Assembly (NCBI GenBank): GCA_012523135.1
Contig: JAAYJD010000295.1
Coordinates: 20,366-84,365, forward strand
Origin: Clostridiaceae bacterium
GTDB lineage: Bacteria > Bacillota > Clostridia > Saccharofermentanales > UBA5734
Length of the DNA: 64,000 nucleotides
Direction of reading: 5' to 3'
Position 1 is the stretch's first letter. Each line of letters begins with the position of its first letter. The notes under the pieces are model-generated. The model searched no databases. It was not told where the DNA came from and worked only from the letters and a program-made list of their open reading frames with translations. Shown here piece after piece: positions 1-9,748 of this stretch. A program made the translations under genes and the position numbers.

Positions 1-49
1 AGATTGCTTGATTTCATCAGCCGTCGCGCCTGGCCTGACGCCAAGCACG

Positions 50-952
50 TCATAAGGTGATTTTGCCATGCTCGATTCCTTTCGGGGACTTGTGCCGTCT
101 GCCTGGATGTTGTCCGGCCAGAACCTGGCGGCGGATTTCCGGCAAACCCAAGGTAAACAGGTTGGCCAGCAGGCCGCTGTCGCGGACATAAGGCATCAGG
201 GCCGCCGTGCGGTCCATCGATTCCTCCAGCCCGGTCAGCGCGGGTTCCGCCCGCAGGCGGGCCGCAGCCAGGTCGGTCCGGCCAAACGGATTCCATGTCT
301 TATTATTGCAGTCGTCCTGCCAGTCGTCAATCGCGTCGATCAGGTACACCCAGCGGCCCAGGTCCCGCGCCAGGCAGCCGACGGCAGCGTGGATGGCCGC
401 GGGCAGCGCCAGGGGCTTGGCTGCCTGTCGGGCCAGCGCCTCGAGCATGCGGCCGAAGATGTCCGCCGCCGCCAGGTCAGGCGGGCCGTTTTCCAATTGG
501 TGGAGCTCGGCGAGGCGCTCCCGGATGATCGTCTCCACGTCCGGCCAGCGCCGGCTCGCGCGACGCCAGGCGCGCCAGAAAGCCAGCCGGGCCAACCGTC
601 CGCCCAGCGGATGGCCGTCCCGGATCTGGTCGCCGGCCTTGTGCCAGGCCAGCTGGACCGCCAGGGCCGCACAGGCCTCGAGGACCGGCCCTCCCGCGAG
701 CATGGGCTTTTTACGCAGCGGATCCAGGACGCAGCCGGCCATCTGCTCGGACGGCTGGCTGTCGGTCAAGGCCAGCAGGAACAGCGCCAGGAAGGTCAGG
801 TCATACGAGACAGCCAGGCGCGGCAGCTGCCCGTAGTCAAGGCGGATCTGCCGGCACAGGCCGCAATAGACCGCCCGGTAGCGGGCGTACTCCCGGATCA
901 GGAGTTCGGGTTTGTAGGGGCACACATAGCCAAACATGGCCGGTATCATCAC
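50..952 (-). CDS. DUF5685-like uncharacterised protein
   Basis: 300-aa ORF. N-terminus FGYVCPYKPELLIREYARYRAVYCGLC resembles the conserved start of the Firmicute DUF5685 family (recalled, not searched). The overlapping 329-aa + strand ORF is Arg/Gln/Gly/Pro-rich antisense noise. Confidence 0.75.
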   Translation of the reverse strand: MMIPAMFGYVCPYKPELLIREYARYRAVYCGLCRQIRLDYGQLPRLAVSYDLTFLALFLLALTDSQPSEQMAGCVLDPLRKKPMLAGGPVLEACAALAVQLAWHKAGDQIRDGHPLGGRLARLAFWRAWRRASRRWPDVETIIRERLAELHQLENGPPDLAAADIFGRMLEALARQAAKPLALPAAIHAAVGCLARDLGRWVYLIDAIDDWQDDCNNKTWNPFGRTDLAAARLRAEPALTGLEESMDRTAALMPYVRDSGLLANLFTLGLPEIRRQVLAGQHPGRRHKSPKGIEHGKITL

Positions 953-1078
953 CTTCTGCTAAAAGGCCGGCAGGCCGCCGCCTTCTGTCAATCTCAATCA
1001 CTCTATGGTATCATATGTGGCAACAAAACAGGTGAACAGTTCAAAACAAAATCATGAACACGACCAGGAGGTCACCCT

Positions 1079-2554
1079 ATGGATACGACTGTGGTCCGCA
1101 CCCGGTATGCGCCCAGCCCGACCGGCATGATGCATATCGGCAACTTGCGCACCGCCCTTTACGAGTACCTGATCGCCCGCTCCCTGGGCGGCCGCTTTAT
1201 CCTGCGCATTGAGGACACCGACCAGGAGCGGTTGGTGGACGGGGCGGTCGACGCCATCTACAAGACGCTGCGCGCGGTCGGCCTGCGCCACGACGAGGGA
1301 CCGGATATCGGCGGCCAATACGGACCTTATGTCCAGAGCGAGCGGCGCCGCCTCTATCGCCCCTACGCCGAACAGCTGGTGCGCGAAGGCAAGGCCTACT
1401 ACTGCTTCTGCACCCGGGAGCGGCTCGAACAGCTAAAAGCCACTGCGCCGGGCGAAGTCGTCGGCTACGACCGCCACTGCCGCGATCTGCCCTCCGGCGA
1501 GGTGCAGCGCCTGCTCGACGCCGGCACCGCCTGTGTCATCCGGCAGAAAATGCCGCTGAGCGGATCGAAGACGTTTCAGGACGCCGTCTACGGCGCCATC
1601 ACGGTCGACAACCGCGAGCTCGAGGACCAGGTGCTGCTCAAGTCCGACGGCTTCCCCACCTACAATTTTGCCAACGTGGTCGACGACCACCTGATGGCGA
1701 TCACCCACGTGGTGCGCGGCTCGGAGTACTTGTCCTCGACACCCAAATACAACCTGCTCTACGATGCGTTCGGCTGGCAGGTTCCGACCTATGTCCATCT
1801 GCCCCTGATCATCGGCAAGGACGGGCGCAAGCTGTCCAAGCGCCACGGCGCGACCAGCTTCGAGGCGCTGGTCCAGGAAGGTTACCTGCCCGAGGCGATC
1901 GTCAACACGATCGCCCTGCTCGGCTGGTGCCCCAAGGACAACCGCGAGCTCTTCTCGCTCGACGAGCTCAGCGCAATCTTTTCGGTCGACGGAATCAGCA
2001 AGTCGCCCTCCGTCTTCGACTATGACAAGCTGGCCTGGTTTAACGGCGAATACATCCGGGCCATGCCGGCCGGGCGCTTCCAGGCATGGATTCATCCGGC
2101 GCTGACCCAGGTGTTCGGCGAACCGGTGCCCGAACCGGCCCTGCTGGCCGAACTGCTGCAGCCGCGCATCAGCCGCCTGGCGGAAATCCCGGAGATGGTG
2201 CGTTTCCTGACCGCGCGCCAGCCATACGAACTGGACTTGTTCAGCAACAAGAAGAACAAGGCCAGCCCGGAGAGCGCCGCCCGCATCCTGCCGCTGCTTT
2301 ACGACGCGTTGGCTGGCCTTGCACCCTGGACGCGCCAGGCCGTGCATGACCGGGTCATGGCACTGGCCGCCGGCCAGGAACTGAAGACGGGCCAGGTGAT
2401 GTGGCCGCTGCGTATCGCCCTGTCCGGACAAGCCGTCACACCCGGCGGTGCGATCGAGATCGCCGTCATTCTCGGCCGGGACGAATCGCTGGCCCGGCTC
2501 AACATCGCGCTTGAGCGGCTGGCTGGAGCCAGCGCGGAAAAAGGAGATGCCTGA
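1079..2554 (+). CDS. gltX: glutamate--tRNA ligase
   Basis: 491 aa. Class I HIGH region PSPTGMMHIGNLRTAL and KMSKS-type KLSKRHG. AGGAGG SD 8 nt upstream of ATG. Confidence 0.95.
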   Translation: MDTTVVRTRYAPSPTGMMHIGNLRTALYEYLIARSLGGRFILRIEDTDQERLVDGAVDAIYKTLRAVGLRHDEGPDIGGQYGPYVQSERRRLYRPYAEQLVREGKAYYCFCTRERLEQLKATAPGEVVGYDRHCRDLPSGEVQRLLDAGTACVIRQKMPLSGSKTFQDAVYGAITVDNRELEDQVLLKSDGFPTYNFANVVDDHLMAITHVVRGSEYLSSTPKYNLLYDAFGWQVPTYVHLPLIIGKDGRKLSKRHGATSFEALVQEGYLPEAIVNTIALLGWCPKDNRELFSLDELSAIFSVDGISKSPSVFDYDKLAWFNGEYIRAMPAGRFQAWIHPALTQVFGEPVPEPALLAELLQPRISRLAEIPEMVRFLTARQPYELDLFSNKKNKASPESAARILPLLYDALAGLAPWTRQAVHDRVMALAAGQELKTGQVMWPLRIALSGQAVTPGGAIEIAVILGRDESLARLNIALERLAGASAEKGDA

Positions 2555-2556
2555 AC

Positions 2557-4248
2557 ATGGACAGCACAACCCCCTTTGATCCGGACCGGATCGAGACCAC
2601 CCATTTCATCGACGAAATCATCAAGGAAGACCTGCGCGAGGGCGGCCGCACGGCCGGCAAGCAGGTGCACACGCGCTTCCCGCCCGAGCCCAACGGGTAT
2701 TTGCACATCGGGCACGCCAAAGCCATCGTCATCGATTTCGGCACAGCTGAGCGGTTCAGCGGGCTCTGCAACCTGCGCATGGACGACACCAACCCGAGCA
2801 AGGAAGATGTCGAATACGTCGACTCGATCCGCGAGGACATCCGCTGGCTCGGCTACGACTGGGGCGACCGCTTCTATTACGCGTCCGATTATTTTCCCGA
2901 GATGTACGAACTGGCCTGCCAGCTGATCCGCAAGGGCCTGGCCTATGTCTGCGCCCTGACCGCCGAACAGATGCGCGAAACGCGCGGCACCCTGCCGACG
3001 CCGGCGACGCCCAGCCCCTGGCGCGACCGCCCGGCCGCTGAGAGCCTCGACTTGTTCGCGCGCATGAAGGCCGGCGAGTTCCCGGACGGCGCGCTGACGC
3101 TCCGGGCCAGAATCGACCTGGCCTCGGGGAACTTCAACATGCGCGACCCCGTGCTCTACCGGATCCTGCGTGCCCGCCACCATCGCACCGGCGACCAGTG
3201 GTGCATCTACCCGATGTACGACTACGCCCACCCGATCGAGGACGCGCTCGAGGGCATCACCCACTCGCTCTGTTCGCTGGAGTTCGAGGACCACCGCCCG
3301 CTCTACGACTGGGTGATCGACAACCTGGACGGTCTGCCGTCGCGTCCGCGCCAGATCGAGTTTGCCCGGCTGGGCATCAACTACACCGTCATGAGCAAGC
3401 GCAAGCTGCGCCTGCTGGTCGAAACCGGCCGGGTTTCCGGCTGGGACGACCCGCGCATGCCGACACTGTGCGGTCTGCGCCGGCGCGGCTACACACCGGC
3501 CTCGATCCGGTCGTTCATCGAGCGGATCGGCGTCTCCAAGGTCAACAGCACCGTCGATTTCGCCTTCCTGGAGCATTGCCTGCGCGAAGACCTCAACCAG
3601 AACGCCCGCCGCATCATGGGCGTGCTCCATCCGGTCAAGCTGGTGATCACCAACTACCCGGAAGGCAAAAGCGAGACTTTCGCCGTGGAGAACAACCCGG
3701 AACAGCCGCAAGACGGCACGCGCGAGGTGACCTTTTCGCGCACCCTCTGGATCGATGCGGACGATTTCATGGAGGAGCCGGCCAAAAAGTACTTCCGCCT
3801 GTTCCCGGGCAACGAAGTCCGGCTCAAGACGGCCTATATCGTGCGCTGCACCGGCTGCCGCCGCGACGCAAACGGCAATCTGCTCGAGGTTACCGCCGAA
3901 TACGATCCCGAATCGCGGGGCGGCAACGCGCCCGACGGCCGCCGGATCAAGGGCACCATCCACTGGGTGGACGCCCAAACGGCCGTGGAAGCGGAAGTCC
4001 GGCTGTACGACAACCTCTTCAATGTCGCCGACCCCGACGCGGCGGAGCGCAATTTTCTCGACCACCTGAGCCCCGACTCGCTGGTCACGCTGCAGGGCTG
4101 CAAGATCGAGGCGGCCGTCGCCGGCATGCAGGTGCCCGCCGCGTTCCAGTTTTTGCGCCTGGGCTATTTTTGCCTGGACAAGGACAGCCGGCCGGATCGC
4201 CTGATCTTCAACCGGTCCGTATCCTTGAAAGACAGCTACCGCACCTGA
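2557..4248 (+). CDS. glnS: glutamine--tRNA ligase
   Basis: 563 aa. HIGH region PEPNGYLHIGHAKA and VMSKRKL motif, GlnRS-like throughout. ATG lies 2 nt after the gltX stop. Confidence 0.95.
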   Translation: MDSTTPFDPDRIETTHFIDEIIKEDLREGGRTAGKQVHTRFPPEPNGYLHIGHAKAIVIDFGTAERFSGLCNLRMDDTNPSKEDVEYVDSIREDIRWLGYDWGDRFYYASDYFPEMYELACQLIRKGLAYVCALTAEQMRETRGTLPTPATPSPWRDRPAAESLDLFARMKAGEFPDGALTLRARIDLASGNFNMRDPVLYRILRARHHRTGDQWCIYPMYDYAHPIEDALEGITHSLCSLEFEDHRPLYDWVIDNLDGLPSRPRQIEFARLGINYTVMSKRKLRLLVETGRVSGWDDPRMPTLCGLRRRGYTPASIRSFIERIGVSKVNSTVDFAFLEHCLREDLNQNARRIMGVLHPVKLVITNYPEGKSETFAVENNPEQPQDGTREVTFSRTLWIDADDFMEEPAKKYFRLFPGNEVRLKTAYIVRCTGCRRDANGNLLEVTAEYDPESRGGNAPDGRRIKGTIHWVDAQTAVEAEVRLYDNLFNVADPDAAERNFLDHLSPDSLVTLQGCKIEAAVAGMQVPAAFQFLRLGYFCLDKDSRPDRLIFNRSVSLKDSYRT

Positions 4249-4266
4249 TCGAGGAGGAAGATGCCC

Positions 4267-5502
4267 ATGAACAGCTTTGAATACTACAGCCCCACCCGCT
4301 TTGTTTTCGGACCCGGCCGGGAGAGCGAAGTCGGCGCACTGTGCCGGTCCTTGGCCGCCAGCAAGGTCCTGATCCACTACGGCGGCGGTTCGGTCGTGCG
4401 CAGCGGCCTGCTCAAGCGGGTCGAGACTTCCCTGGCCGAAGCCGGTATCGCCTGCCTGACCCTGGGCGGCGCCGTGCCGAACCCCCGCGACGAACGGGTC
4501 TACGCGGGCATCGAGCTCTGCCGCCGCGAACAGGTCGATTTTGTCCTGGGCATCGGGGGCGGCAGCGCGGTCGACTCGGCCAAAGCCATCGCGATCGGGG
4601 CCTGCTACGATGGCGACTTTTGGGATTTCTACAGCAACCAGGCCAAACCGGAGCGCCGGCTCGGCCTGGGCACGATCGTCACCTTGCCGGCCAGCGGAAC
4701 CGAAGGGTCGAACAGCTCTGTGATCACACGCACCGCCGACTGGCTCAAGCGTGGCCTGCGCTCCGATCTCAACCGACCCGATTTCTCGATCCTGAACCCC
4801 GACCTGACCGCTTCCCTGCCCGCCTGGCAGACCGCCTGCGGCGCGGCCGACATCCTGTCCCACGTCTTCGAACGTTATTTCACCAATACGCCCGGCGTCC
4901 TGCTGACCGACAACCTGTGTGAGGCGGTCATCGCCACGGTCATCGAAACCGCGCCCCGGCTGCTGGCCGATTCCCCGTCACAGGACGACCAGGCCAACCT
5001 GATCTGGTCCTCGACGCTGGCCCACATCGGGCTGCTGGGCAACGGCCGCCAGGAGGACTGGAGCGTCCACGCCCTGGAGCACGAGCTGAGCGCCCTCTAC
5101 GATGTCGCGCACGGCGCCGGTCTGGCCGCGCTGTACCCAGCCTGGATGCAGTACACCCTGCCCCACGACCCGGGACGCTTCGCGCGCCTGGCCGTGCGCG
5201 GACTGGGCGTCGCGCCGCAGCCGGTATCGGACATGGCGCTGGCCCGGGAAGGCATCCGCTGTCTGGCGGATTTCTACCGCCGCCTGTCTTTGCCGGTCAA
5301 CCTGCGCGAACTGGGCGTCAATGAGGCCGACCTTCCCCGCCTGGCTGCCAAGGTCAAGCGCAACCCCGACAACAGCTGCGGCTTTTTCCTGCCTTTGCAG
5401 GACCAGGACATCCTGGCCATCTACCAGCTGGCGATGGACTGGCAGCCCGAGATGCTCGGGGACGAAGCAAACAAGCCCGCCCGAACAAAAGAAGAGGATT
5501 GA
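4267..5502 (+). CDS. iron-containing (group III) alcohol dehydrogenase, butanol-DH/YqhD-like
   Basis: About 411 aa. GGGSVVRSG and GIGGGSAVDSAKAI motifs typical of Fe-ADH. GGAGG SD is 9 nt from the ATG at 4267; the alternative ATG at 4261 is only 3 nt from the SD. Confidence 0.88.
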   Translation: MNSFEYYSPTRFVFGPGRESEVGALCRSLAASKVLIHYGGGSVVRSGLLKRVETSLAEAGIACLTLGGAVPNPRDERVYAGIELCRREQVDFVLGIGGGSAVDSAKAIAIGACYDGDFWDFYSNQAKPERRLGLGTIVTLPASGTEGSNSSVITRTADWLKRGLRSDLNRPDFSILNPDLTASLPAWQTACGAADILSHVFERYFTNTPGVLLTDNLCEAVIATVIETAPRLLADSPSQDDQANLIWSSTLAHIGLLGNGRQEDWSVHALEHELSALYDVAHGAGLAALYPAWMQYTLPHDPGRFARLAVRGLGVAPQPVSDMALAREGIRCLADFYRRLSLPVNLRELGVNEADLPRLAAKVKRNPDNSCGFFLPLQDQDILAIYQLAMDWQPEMLGDEANKPARTKEED

Positions 5503-5528
5503 CCCGCAGGGTCAATCCTCGTCTTTTG
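5494..5528. terminator. bidirectional rho-independent terminator between convergent adh and galM
   Basis: Perfect 12-bp stem GAGGATTGACCC / GGGTCAATCCTC with loop GCA. T-run GTCTTTTG follows on the + strand and TTCTTTTG follows on the - strand. The stem overlaps the adh stop codon. Confidence 0.75.
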
Positions 5529-5550
5529 CAGGCCGCTGGCCTGACAGCTC

Positions 5551-6615
5551 CTAATCGCGTTTGACACCGAACTGGTATACGGTCGTGTGCCGGTAGGGCT
5601 GCCCGGGCTCAAGAACCGGACTGGGAAAACTGGGGCTGCGCGGCGCGTTGGGATAGTACTGGGTCTCCAGGCAGAAACCGTTGCGGTAATCGTAGCGGAC
5701 CCCTTCCTTGCCGGCATCCGTCTTCATGAAATTGCCGCTGTAAAACTGCACGGCAGGCATGGTCGTCTCAACCGCCATGGTCCGGCCGCTGCGCAGGTCG
5801 TGCACGCGGGCACAGGGGCGCAGCGTGCCGGCCTGGCCGCGCAGGATAAAGTTGTGGTCATAGCCCTGGCCGGCCCGGACCATCGGGTCGTCGCTGTCGA
5901 TGCGGTCCCCGATCCGGCGCATCTGGCGAAAATCGAGCGCGGTTCCGGCGACCGGTGCGATGCGGCCGTCGGGCAGGCAGGCCGAGTCGATCACGGTGAA
6001 CTGGTCTGCTTCCAGCTGCAGCTCATGGTTCAGGATGCTGCCGGAGCCCTGGCCCGCAAGGTTGAAATAGCTGTGGTTGGTGAGGTTGACGATCGTCTTC
6101 TTGTCCGTCAGCGCCTCGTAGCGGATAACGAGGGCATGGTCGGCCGTCAGCGTGTAGGTAACCTGGACATCCAGGTTGCCGGGATAGCCCTCCTCCCCGT
6201 CCGGACTGAGATAATAGAAGCGCACAGACGGCCCTTCGGCCGACTCGAAGGGGTCGGCCAGCCAAACGGCGCGGTTGAACCCTTTCAGACCGCCGTGCAG
6301 GTGGTTCTGCCCGTCGTTGGCGGCTAATGGGTAGGTCACGCCGTCCAGGGTGAAGGACGCTTCCGCAATGCGGTTGGCAAAGCGGCCGACCAGGGAGCCG
6401 TGGTAGGGGTTTGACGGCTTTTCATAGGAAACCAGGTCATCATAGCCCAGGACGATGTCCTGCAGCTGGTTGCCGCGGTCGGGCATCAGCAGACGCTGAA
6501 GGGCGCCGCCGTAGCTGATCAGGGTGCAGAATGTCCCGTCCGGATGTCCCAGCGTGTAGCTGCTGACTGGCTTTCCCTCTTGTGTTTCCCCGAAGGGCTT
6601 GACGACAATACTCAT
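5551..6615 (-). CDS. galM: aldose 1-epimerase (galactose mutarotase)
   Basis: 354 aa with mutarotase-like motifs (NHLHGG, NLTNHSYFNL, GFCLETQ). GAGGTGG SD. Its ATG overlaps the upstream gene stop (ATGA). Confidence 0.9.
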   Translation of the reverse strand: MSIVVKPFGETQEGKPVSSYTLGHPDGTFCTLISYGGALQRLLMPDRGNQLQDIVLGYDDLVSYEKPSNPYHGSLVGRFANRIAEASFTLDGVTYPLAANDGQNHLHGGLKGFNRAVWLADPFESAEGPSVRFYYLSPDGEEGYPGNLDVQVTYTLTADHALVIRYEALTDKKTIVNLTNHSYFNLAGQGSGSILNHELQLEADQFTVIDSACLPDGRIAPVAGTALDFRQMRRIGDRIDSDDPMVRAGQGYDHNFILRGQAGTLRPCARVHDLRSGRTMAVETTMPAVQFYSGNFMKTDAGKEGVRYDYRNGFCLETQYYPNAPRSPSFPSPVLEPGQPYRHTTVYQFGVKRD

Positions 6616-7640
6616 TGTTCCACCTCGCGTTTTTCATTCAGGCCGCAAGCCTGGTTTGTTTTCTTCAGCTGGCTGCCGAACCCGATATGGATGGCACCTT
6701 CCGGGCAGACGGCCGCACATTCGCCGCAGCGGATGCATTCAGGTCCGTTGCCGTCGTAGGGGATCGGCACCTGCATCGGGCATTGCCGGGTGCAGCGGCC
6801 GCAATGGGTGCAGAGCTGCGGATCGACCGTGATGCGGTAAAGGCTGATCCGGTTGAATAAGCCGTATATCGCGCCAAGCGGACACAGGTAACGGCAAAAC
6901 GGACGGTAAATCAGGACGGACAGCACCATGACAGCCAGCAGGACGGACATCTTCCAGCTGAACAGCCAGCCGGCCAGGCTGCGCAAACCCTCGTTGGCCA
7001 ACAGCAGCGGGATACCGGCCATCAGGGTTCCGGAAGGGCATACATAGGTGCAGAAGGCCGTGATCCCGTAACCGGTCAGCCAGCGCAGCAGCAAAGGCGT
7101 CAGGATGACCAGACCGGCCAGCATGGCGATTTTGCCTTGCAGCAGGATCTGGTGCAGCCGCACATGCGACCGGGCCAGTTTCAGCTTGGGGCTCTTGATC
7201 TTGTGGAGCCATTCCTGGAACCAGCCGAACGGGCACAGCCAGCCGCAGACAAAGCGGCCCAGCAGCAGGCCGAACAGGCTGAGCAGGCCGAGCACGTAAA
7301 ACGGGATCCGCCAGAACGGGTCCGCCAGGCCATTCTGCAGGCTGCCGATCGGGCAGGCGCCCAGGGCGCCGGGACAGGAATAGCAGTTGAGACCGGGCAG
7401 GCAAACACGTTTGAGCGGTCCCTGGTAAATGGTGCCGGTCACAAATCCGGACACGTTGGCGTTGCCCAGCAGGAAAGCCAGGGCCTGAACGATGTTGCGC
7501 TTGGTTTTTTGCCGCTTCAGGTTAGCCAATGCCGATGCACCCCAGGCAAATCTGGATGGCCCGCTGCAGGACCAATCGGGTTTCGTCACGCAACAGGCCG
7601 ACCAGCAGGGCAAGCGCGGTGACCGCGCCCAGCAGGACAC
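6612..7640 (-). CDS. polytopic membrane 4Fe-4S ferredoxin-type protein (NapH/MauN-like)
   Basis: Several hydrophobic segments with CxxCP-like motifs (CYSCPGALGACP, CPFG, CPSG, CPLG). C-terminal double ferredoxin motif CTHCGRCTRQCP .. CIRCGECAAVCP. The start is uncertain: GTG at 7640 has no SD, and an in-frame TTG at 7529 is an alternative. Confidence 0.8.
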   Translation of the reverse strand: MSCWARSPRLPCWSACCVTKPDWSCSGPSRFAWGASALANLKRQKTKRNIVQALAFLLGNANVSGFVTGTIYQGPLKRVCLPGLNCYSCPGALGACPIGSLQNGLADPFWRIPFYVLGLLSLFGLLLGRFVCGWLCPFGWFQEWLHKIKSPKLKLARSHVRLHQILLQGKIAMLAGLVILTPLLLRWLTGYGITAFCTYVCPSGTLMAGIPLLLANEGLRSLAGWLFSWKMSVLLAVMVLSVLIYRPFCRYLCPLGAIYGLFNRISLYRITVDPQLCTHCGRCTRQCPMQVPIPYDGNGPECIRCGECAAVCPEGAIHIGFGSQLKKTNQACGLNEKREVEQ

Positions 7641-7691
7641 GCACGCGCGTTTCGGCGTGAGTCAGCTGGCGAATCGGCGGATGCGGCCGCG

Positions 7692-9023
7692 TCATGGGTC
7701 TGCCTCCTGGACGGGCTCTTCGCTTGCCGGTTCCGTCATGACCTCCACCTGTTCGACCGGACGGGGCCGGCGGATCAGGCTGGCCTGCTCCTGACCGGAA
7801 GACGGGCTGGACCAGTCAAACCAGCGCATCATCAGCATAAACACGGCAAACCCGATCACAGCCAGGACGACGCCGATCACCAGCAGCCAGACCGGGCGCG
7901 TGGCCAGCGGCCAGAAGCTGAGAAAATCGGCCAGGCCGGCCGAAAAAGAAAAGCCATGCAGGATCTGCAGCTGGGAGGCCAGCAGCAGCGACAAACCGGC
8001 CAGCAGCGCGTAGAACAAGTAGAGGAACGGCGAGACCAGGAGAATCAGCCAGTCGGCGGCGTCGGTCAGACCGCCCAGCAGGGCCGCGGCGGCCGCAGCC
8101 AGTACGAGCAGGGCAGGCTGGCCCTGGCTGCGGGGGCGGGAGGCCAGGAAAATGGCCAGCAGCAACGCCGGCACGACCAGCAGCATCAGGGGATAAAAAC
8201 CGGCACCAAACCGGCCGGCTGTCGGATCACCGGCTAAAAAGCGGGCGATATCCCCGGTAACCAGCGTCCCGTTCTGGGTTGTGAACTGACCCCAGTGCTG
8301 CCATAGGGCGTCATCCAGAATGTGATGCAGACCAAGGGGGAGAAGCAGGCGGTTGCAGATCCCGTAAACAAGTAACCCCTGCGCCCCTGCTTCGGGTATC
8401 CACTGAGCCAGCCGGAGCAGTCCGGTTCGGGCCGCCAGCCAGGCCAGTGCAGACAAGAAGCCGCCCAAAACAGCGAGCGGCTGCAGCCACAGGACCAGCG
8501 TGCGCGGATTAACCAGGGCGGCCAGGCGCGGCGCGCGGATATGACGCTCCGTCACCCGGTAGAGCGCGACCGTCAGATAGCCAGCCGCGAAACCGGGCAG
8601 CCAGCCAAGGTTGAACAGTGCGTATTCGCCGCTGCCGGACAGCGCGCCGACTGAAGCCGAGGCGGTTGTCAGCCAGGTCAGGGATGACAGCGCGGCGGTC
8701 AGGACAGCCAGGCCTTTTTCGTGGACGATCAGGCTGTTGGCCAGACTGACCGCCAGCACCAGCGGAATCAGGCGTGTCAAAACCTGGCCGGATTCAAACA
8801 AAACGGCGGCACCATGCAGTCCCATCCGCTGCATGGTATCCGCCAGGATCAGCATGAGACTGGCCAGGGTCAGAACATTCAAAGGCAACAGGGCGATGCT
8901 GCCCAGCTGGGCCAGGCGGCGCCGGTAACGGGACAGATGGTCAGCCGGCTCCAGATCCAGCGGCCGGGCTTCTTCCCCGGACGGTTTTTTCCGAAATGAG
9001 ATCCAGCTGAAAATGGACATCAT
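7692..9023 (-). CDS. PTS EIIC-domain membrane protein (glucose/NAG family), with no EIIB or EIIA domain
   Basis: Carries the family signature GLHHILDD..GDIARFLAGDPTAGRFGAGFYPLMLL (compare GDxxRFxAGDPTAGxF of PtsG/NagE). About 10 hydrophobic helices and an acidic Pro-rich tail. ATG-ATG at 9023/9020 lies downstream of GGGAGG. The track start at 9056 is a TTG. Confidence 0.75.
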   Translation of the reverse strand: MMSIFSWISFRKKPSGEEARPLDLEPADHLSRYRRRLAQLGSIALLPLNVLTLASLMLILADTMQRMGLHGAAVLFESGQVLTRLIPLVLAVSLANSLIVHEKGLAVLTAALSSLTWLTTASASVGALSGSGEYALFNLGWLPGFAAGYLTVALYRVTERHIRAPRLAALVNPRTLVLWLQPLAVLGGFLSALAWLAARTGLLRLAQWIPEAGAQGLLVYGICNRLLLPLGLHHILDDALWQHWGQFTTQNGTLVTGDIARFLAGDPTAGRFGAGFYPLMLLVVPALLLAIFLASRPRSQGQPALLVLAAAAAALLGGLTDAADWLILLVSPFLYLFYALLAGLSLLLASQLQILHGFSFSAGLADFLSFWPLATRPVWLLVIGVVLAVIGFAVFMLMMRWFDWSSPSSGQEQASLIRRPRPVEQVEVMTEPASEEPVQEADP

Positions 9024-9139
9024 GCGTCTGCTGTGCCTCCCGCGTCCTCGCCGCAACGGACAAGAGCTGTGCTGTCGGCGGCCTGTATTCAGGCATTTCT
9101 ATTCTGACACAGGCCGGGCGGGGATGCAAGCAAACGGGG

Positions 9140-9628
9140 TCAGGAGAGGTTCTTGTCCAGCATCTGGCGCAGGTCGTCCTGCATGAATTCCGCGTAGCCG
9201 GCGATGCTTTCGCTGAGCGCGCCGCCGACAAAGACGCTGAACTGGGGGATACTCTGCGCCCCGTAAAGACGAGCCAGATCGCTCGCCTGGTCAACATCGA
9301 CTTTGACGATGATGGCCCGGCCGTCATATTCCAGGGCCAGCTGCTCGATAAACGGCGCGGCCAGGCGGCACGGCGGGCACCACTCGGCCCAGAAATCGAC
9401 AAAAACCGGCTTGTCGGCGGCTTTGACAAAAGCCTGGAAATCGTCGACCGGCTCATGCCGGACTGTACCGTCGGTCACAACGAGCTGGACGACGGCATCG
9501 TTCGCCACGGTCGTCTGCCGCGTTCCCAGCTTGAGCGTGCCGTCCTGGAAAAGGACCACCAAAACGATCGCGGCGATCAAAAGGACCAGGACCGCCACGA
9601 GGATAGGAAACGCTTTTTTCTGGATCAT
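9140..9628 (-). CDS. membrane-anchored thioredoxin-fold protein (WCPPC active site)
   Basis: 162 aa. N-terminal TM helix FPILVAVLVLLIAAIVLVVLF, then a thioredoxin domain with FWAEWCPPCR. AGGAGG SD. Confidence 0.88.
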   Translation of the reverse strand: MIQKKAFPILVAVLVLLIAAIVLVVLFQDGTLKLGTRQTTVANDAVVQLVVTDGTVRHEPVDDFQAFVKAADKPVFVDFWAEWCPPCRLAAPFIEQLALEYDGRAIIVKVDVDQASDLARLYGAQSIPQFSVFVGGALSESIAGYAEFMQDDLRQMLDKNLS

Positions 9629-9649
9629 AACAACCTCCTGATATGTTGA

Positions 9650-9683
9650 GCGGGGATCCGGGTCTGGCGACCGGAGATCCCCG
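9650..9683 (-). terminator. GC-rich hairpin downstream of the acyl-CoA ligase gene (possible terminator)
   Basis: GCGGGGATC..GATCCCCGC 9-bp stem extended by CGG/CCG with one bulge. No clear U-tract on either strand. Confidence 0.35.
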
Positions 9684-9748
9684 CTGCATCATGCGCTTTC
9701 AGCATAACAGGACTGGACGGATGGAACTGTAATAAAATCACATAAAAC

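Noticed and set aside
953-1078. Possible T-box or other leader upstream of gltX-glnS and upstream of serS
   Set aside because: The gltX upstream region is only 126 nt and shows a simple promoter-like TGgTATCAT, with no specifier or antiterminator structure. serS has a 10-nt gap. No T-box is called.
2299-4863. 854-aa - strand ORF spanning glnS and the alcohol dehydrogenase gene. Similar long ORFs occur at 68-1057, 1433-2569, 9842-11116, 20822-21796, 22270-23361, 23285-24529, 25065-26087, 39933-41120, 41012-42169, 42747-44084, 47675-48874, 49963-51147, 51404-52456, 54073-55098, 55098-56162, 58056-59420 and 58987-60021.
   Set aside because: Each lies antisense to, or out of frame with, a gene carrying clear family motifs. 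Their translations are Arg/Gly/Ala/Pro/Gln-rich low-complexity strings without motifs or SD sites. Stop-poor antisense frames are expected in GC-rich DNA.
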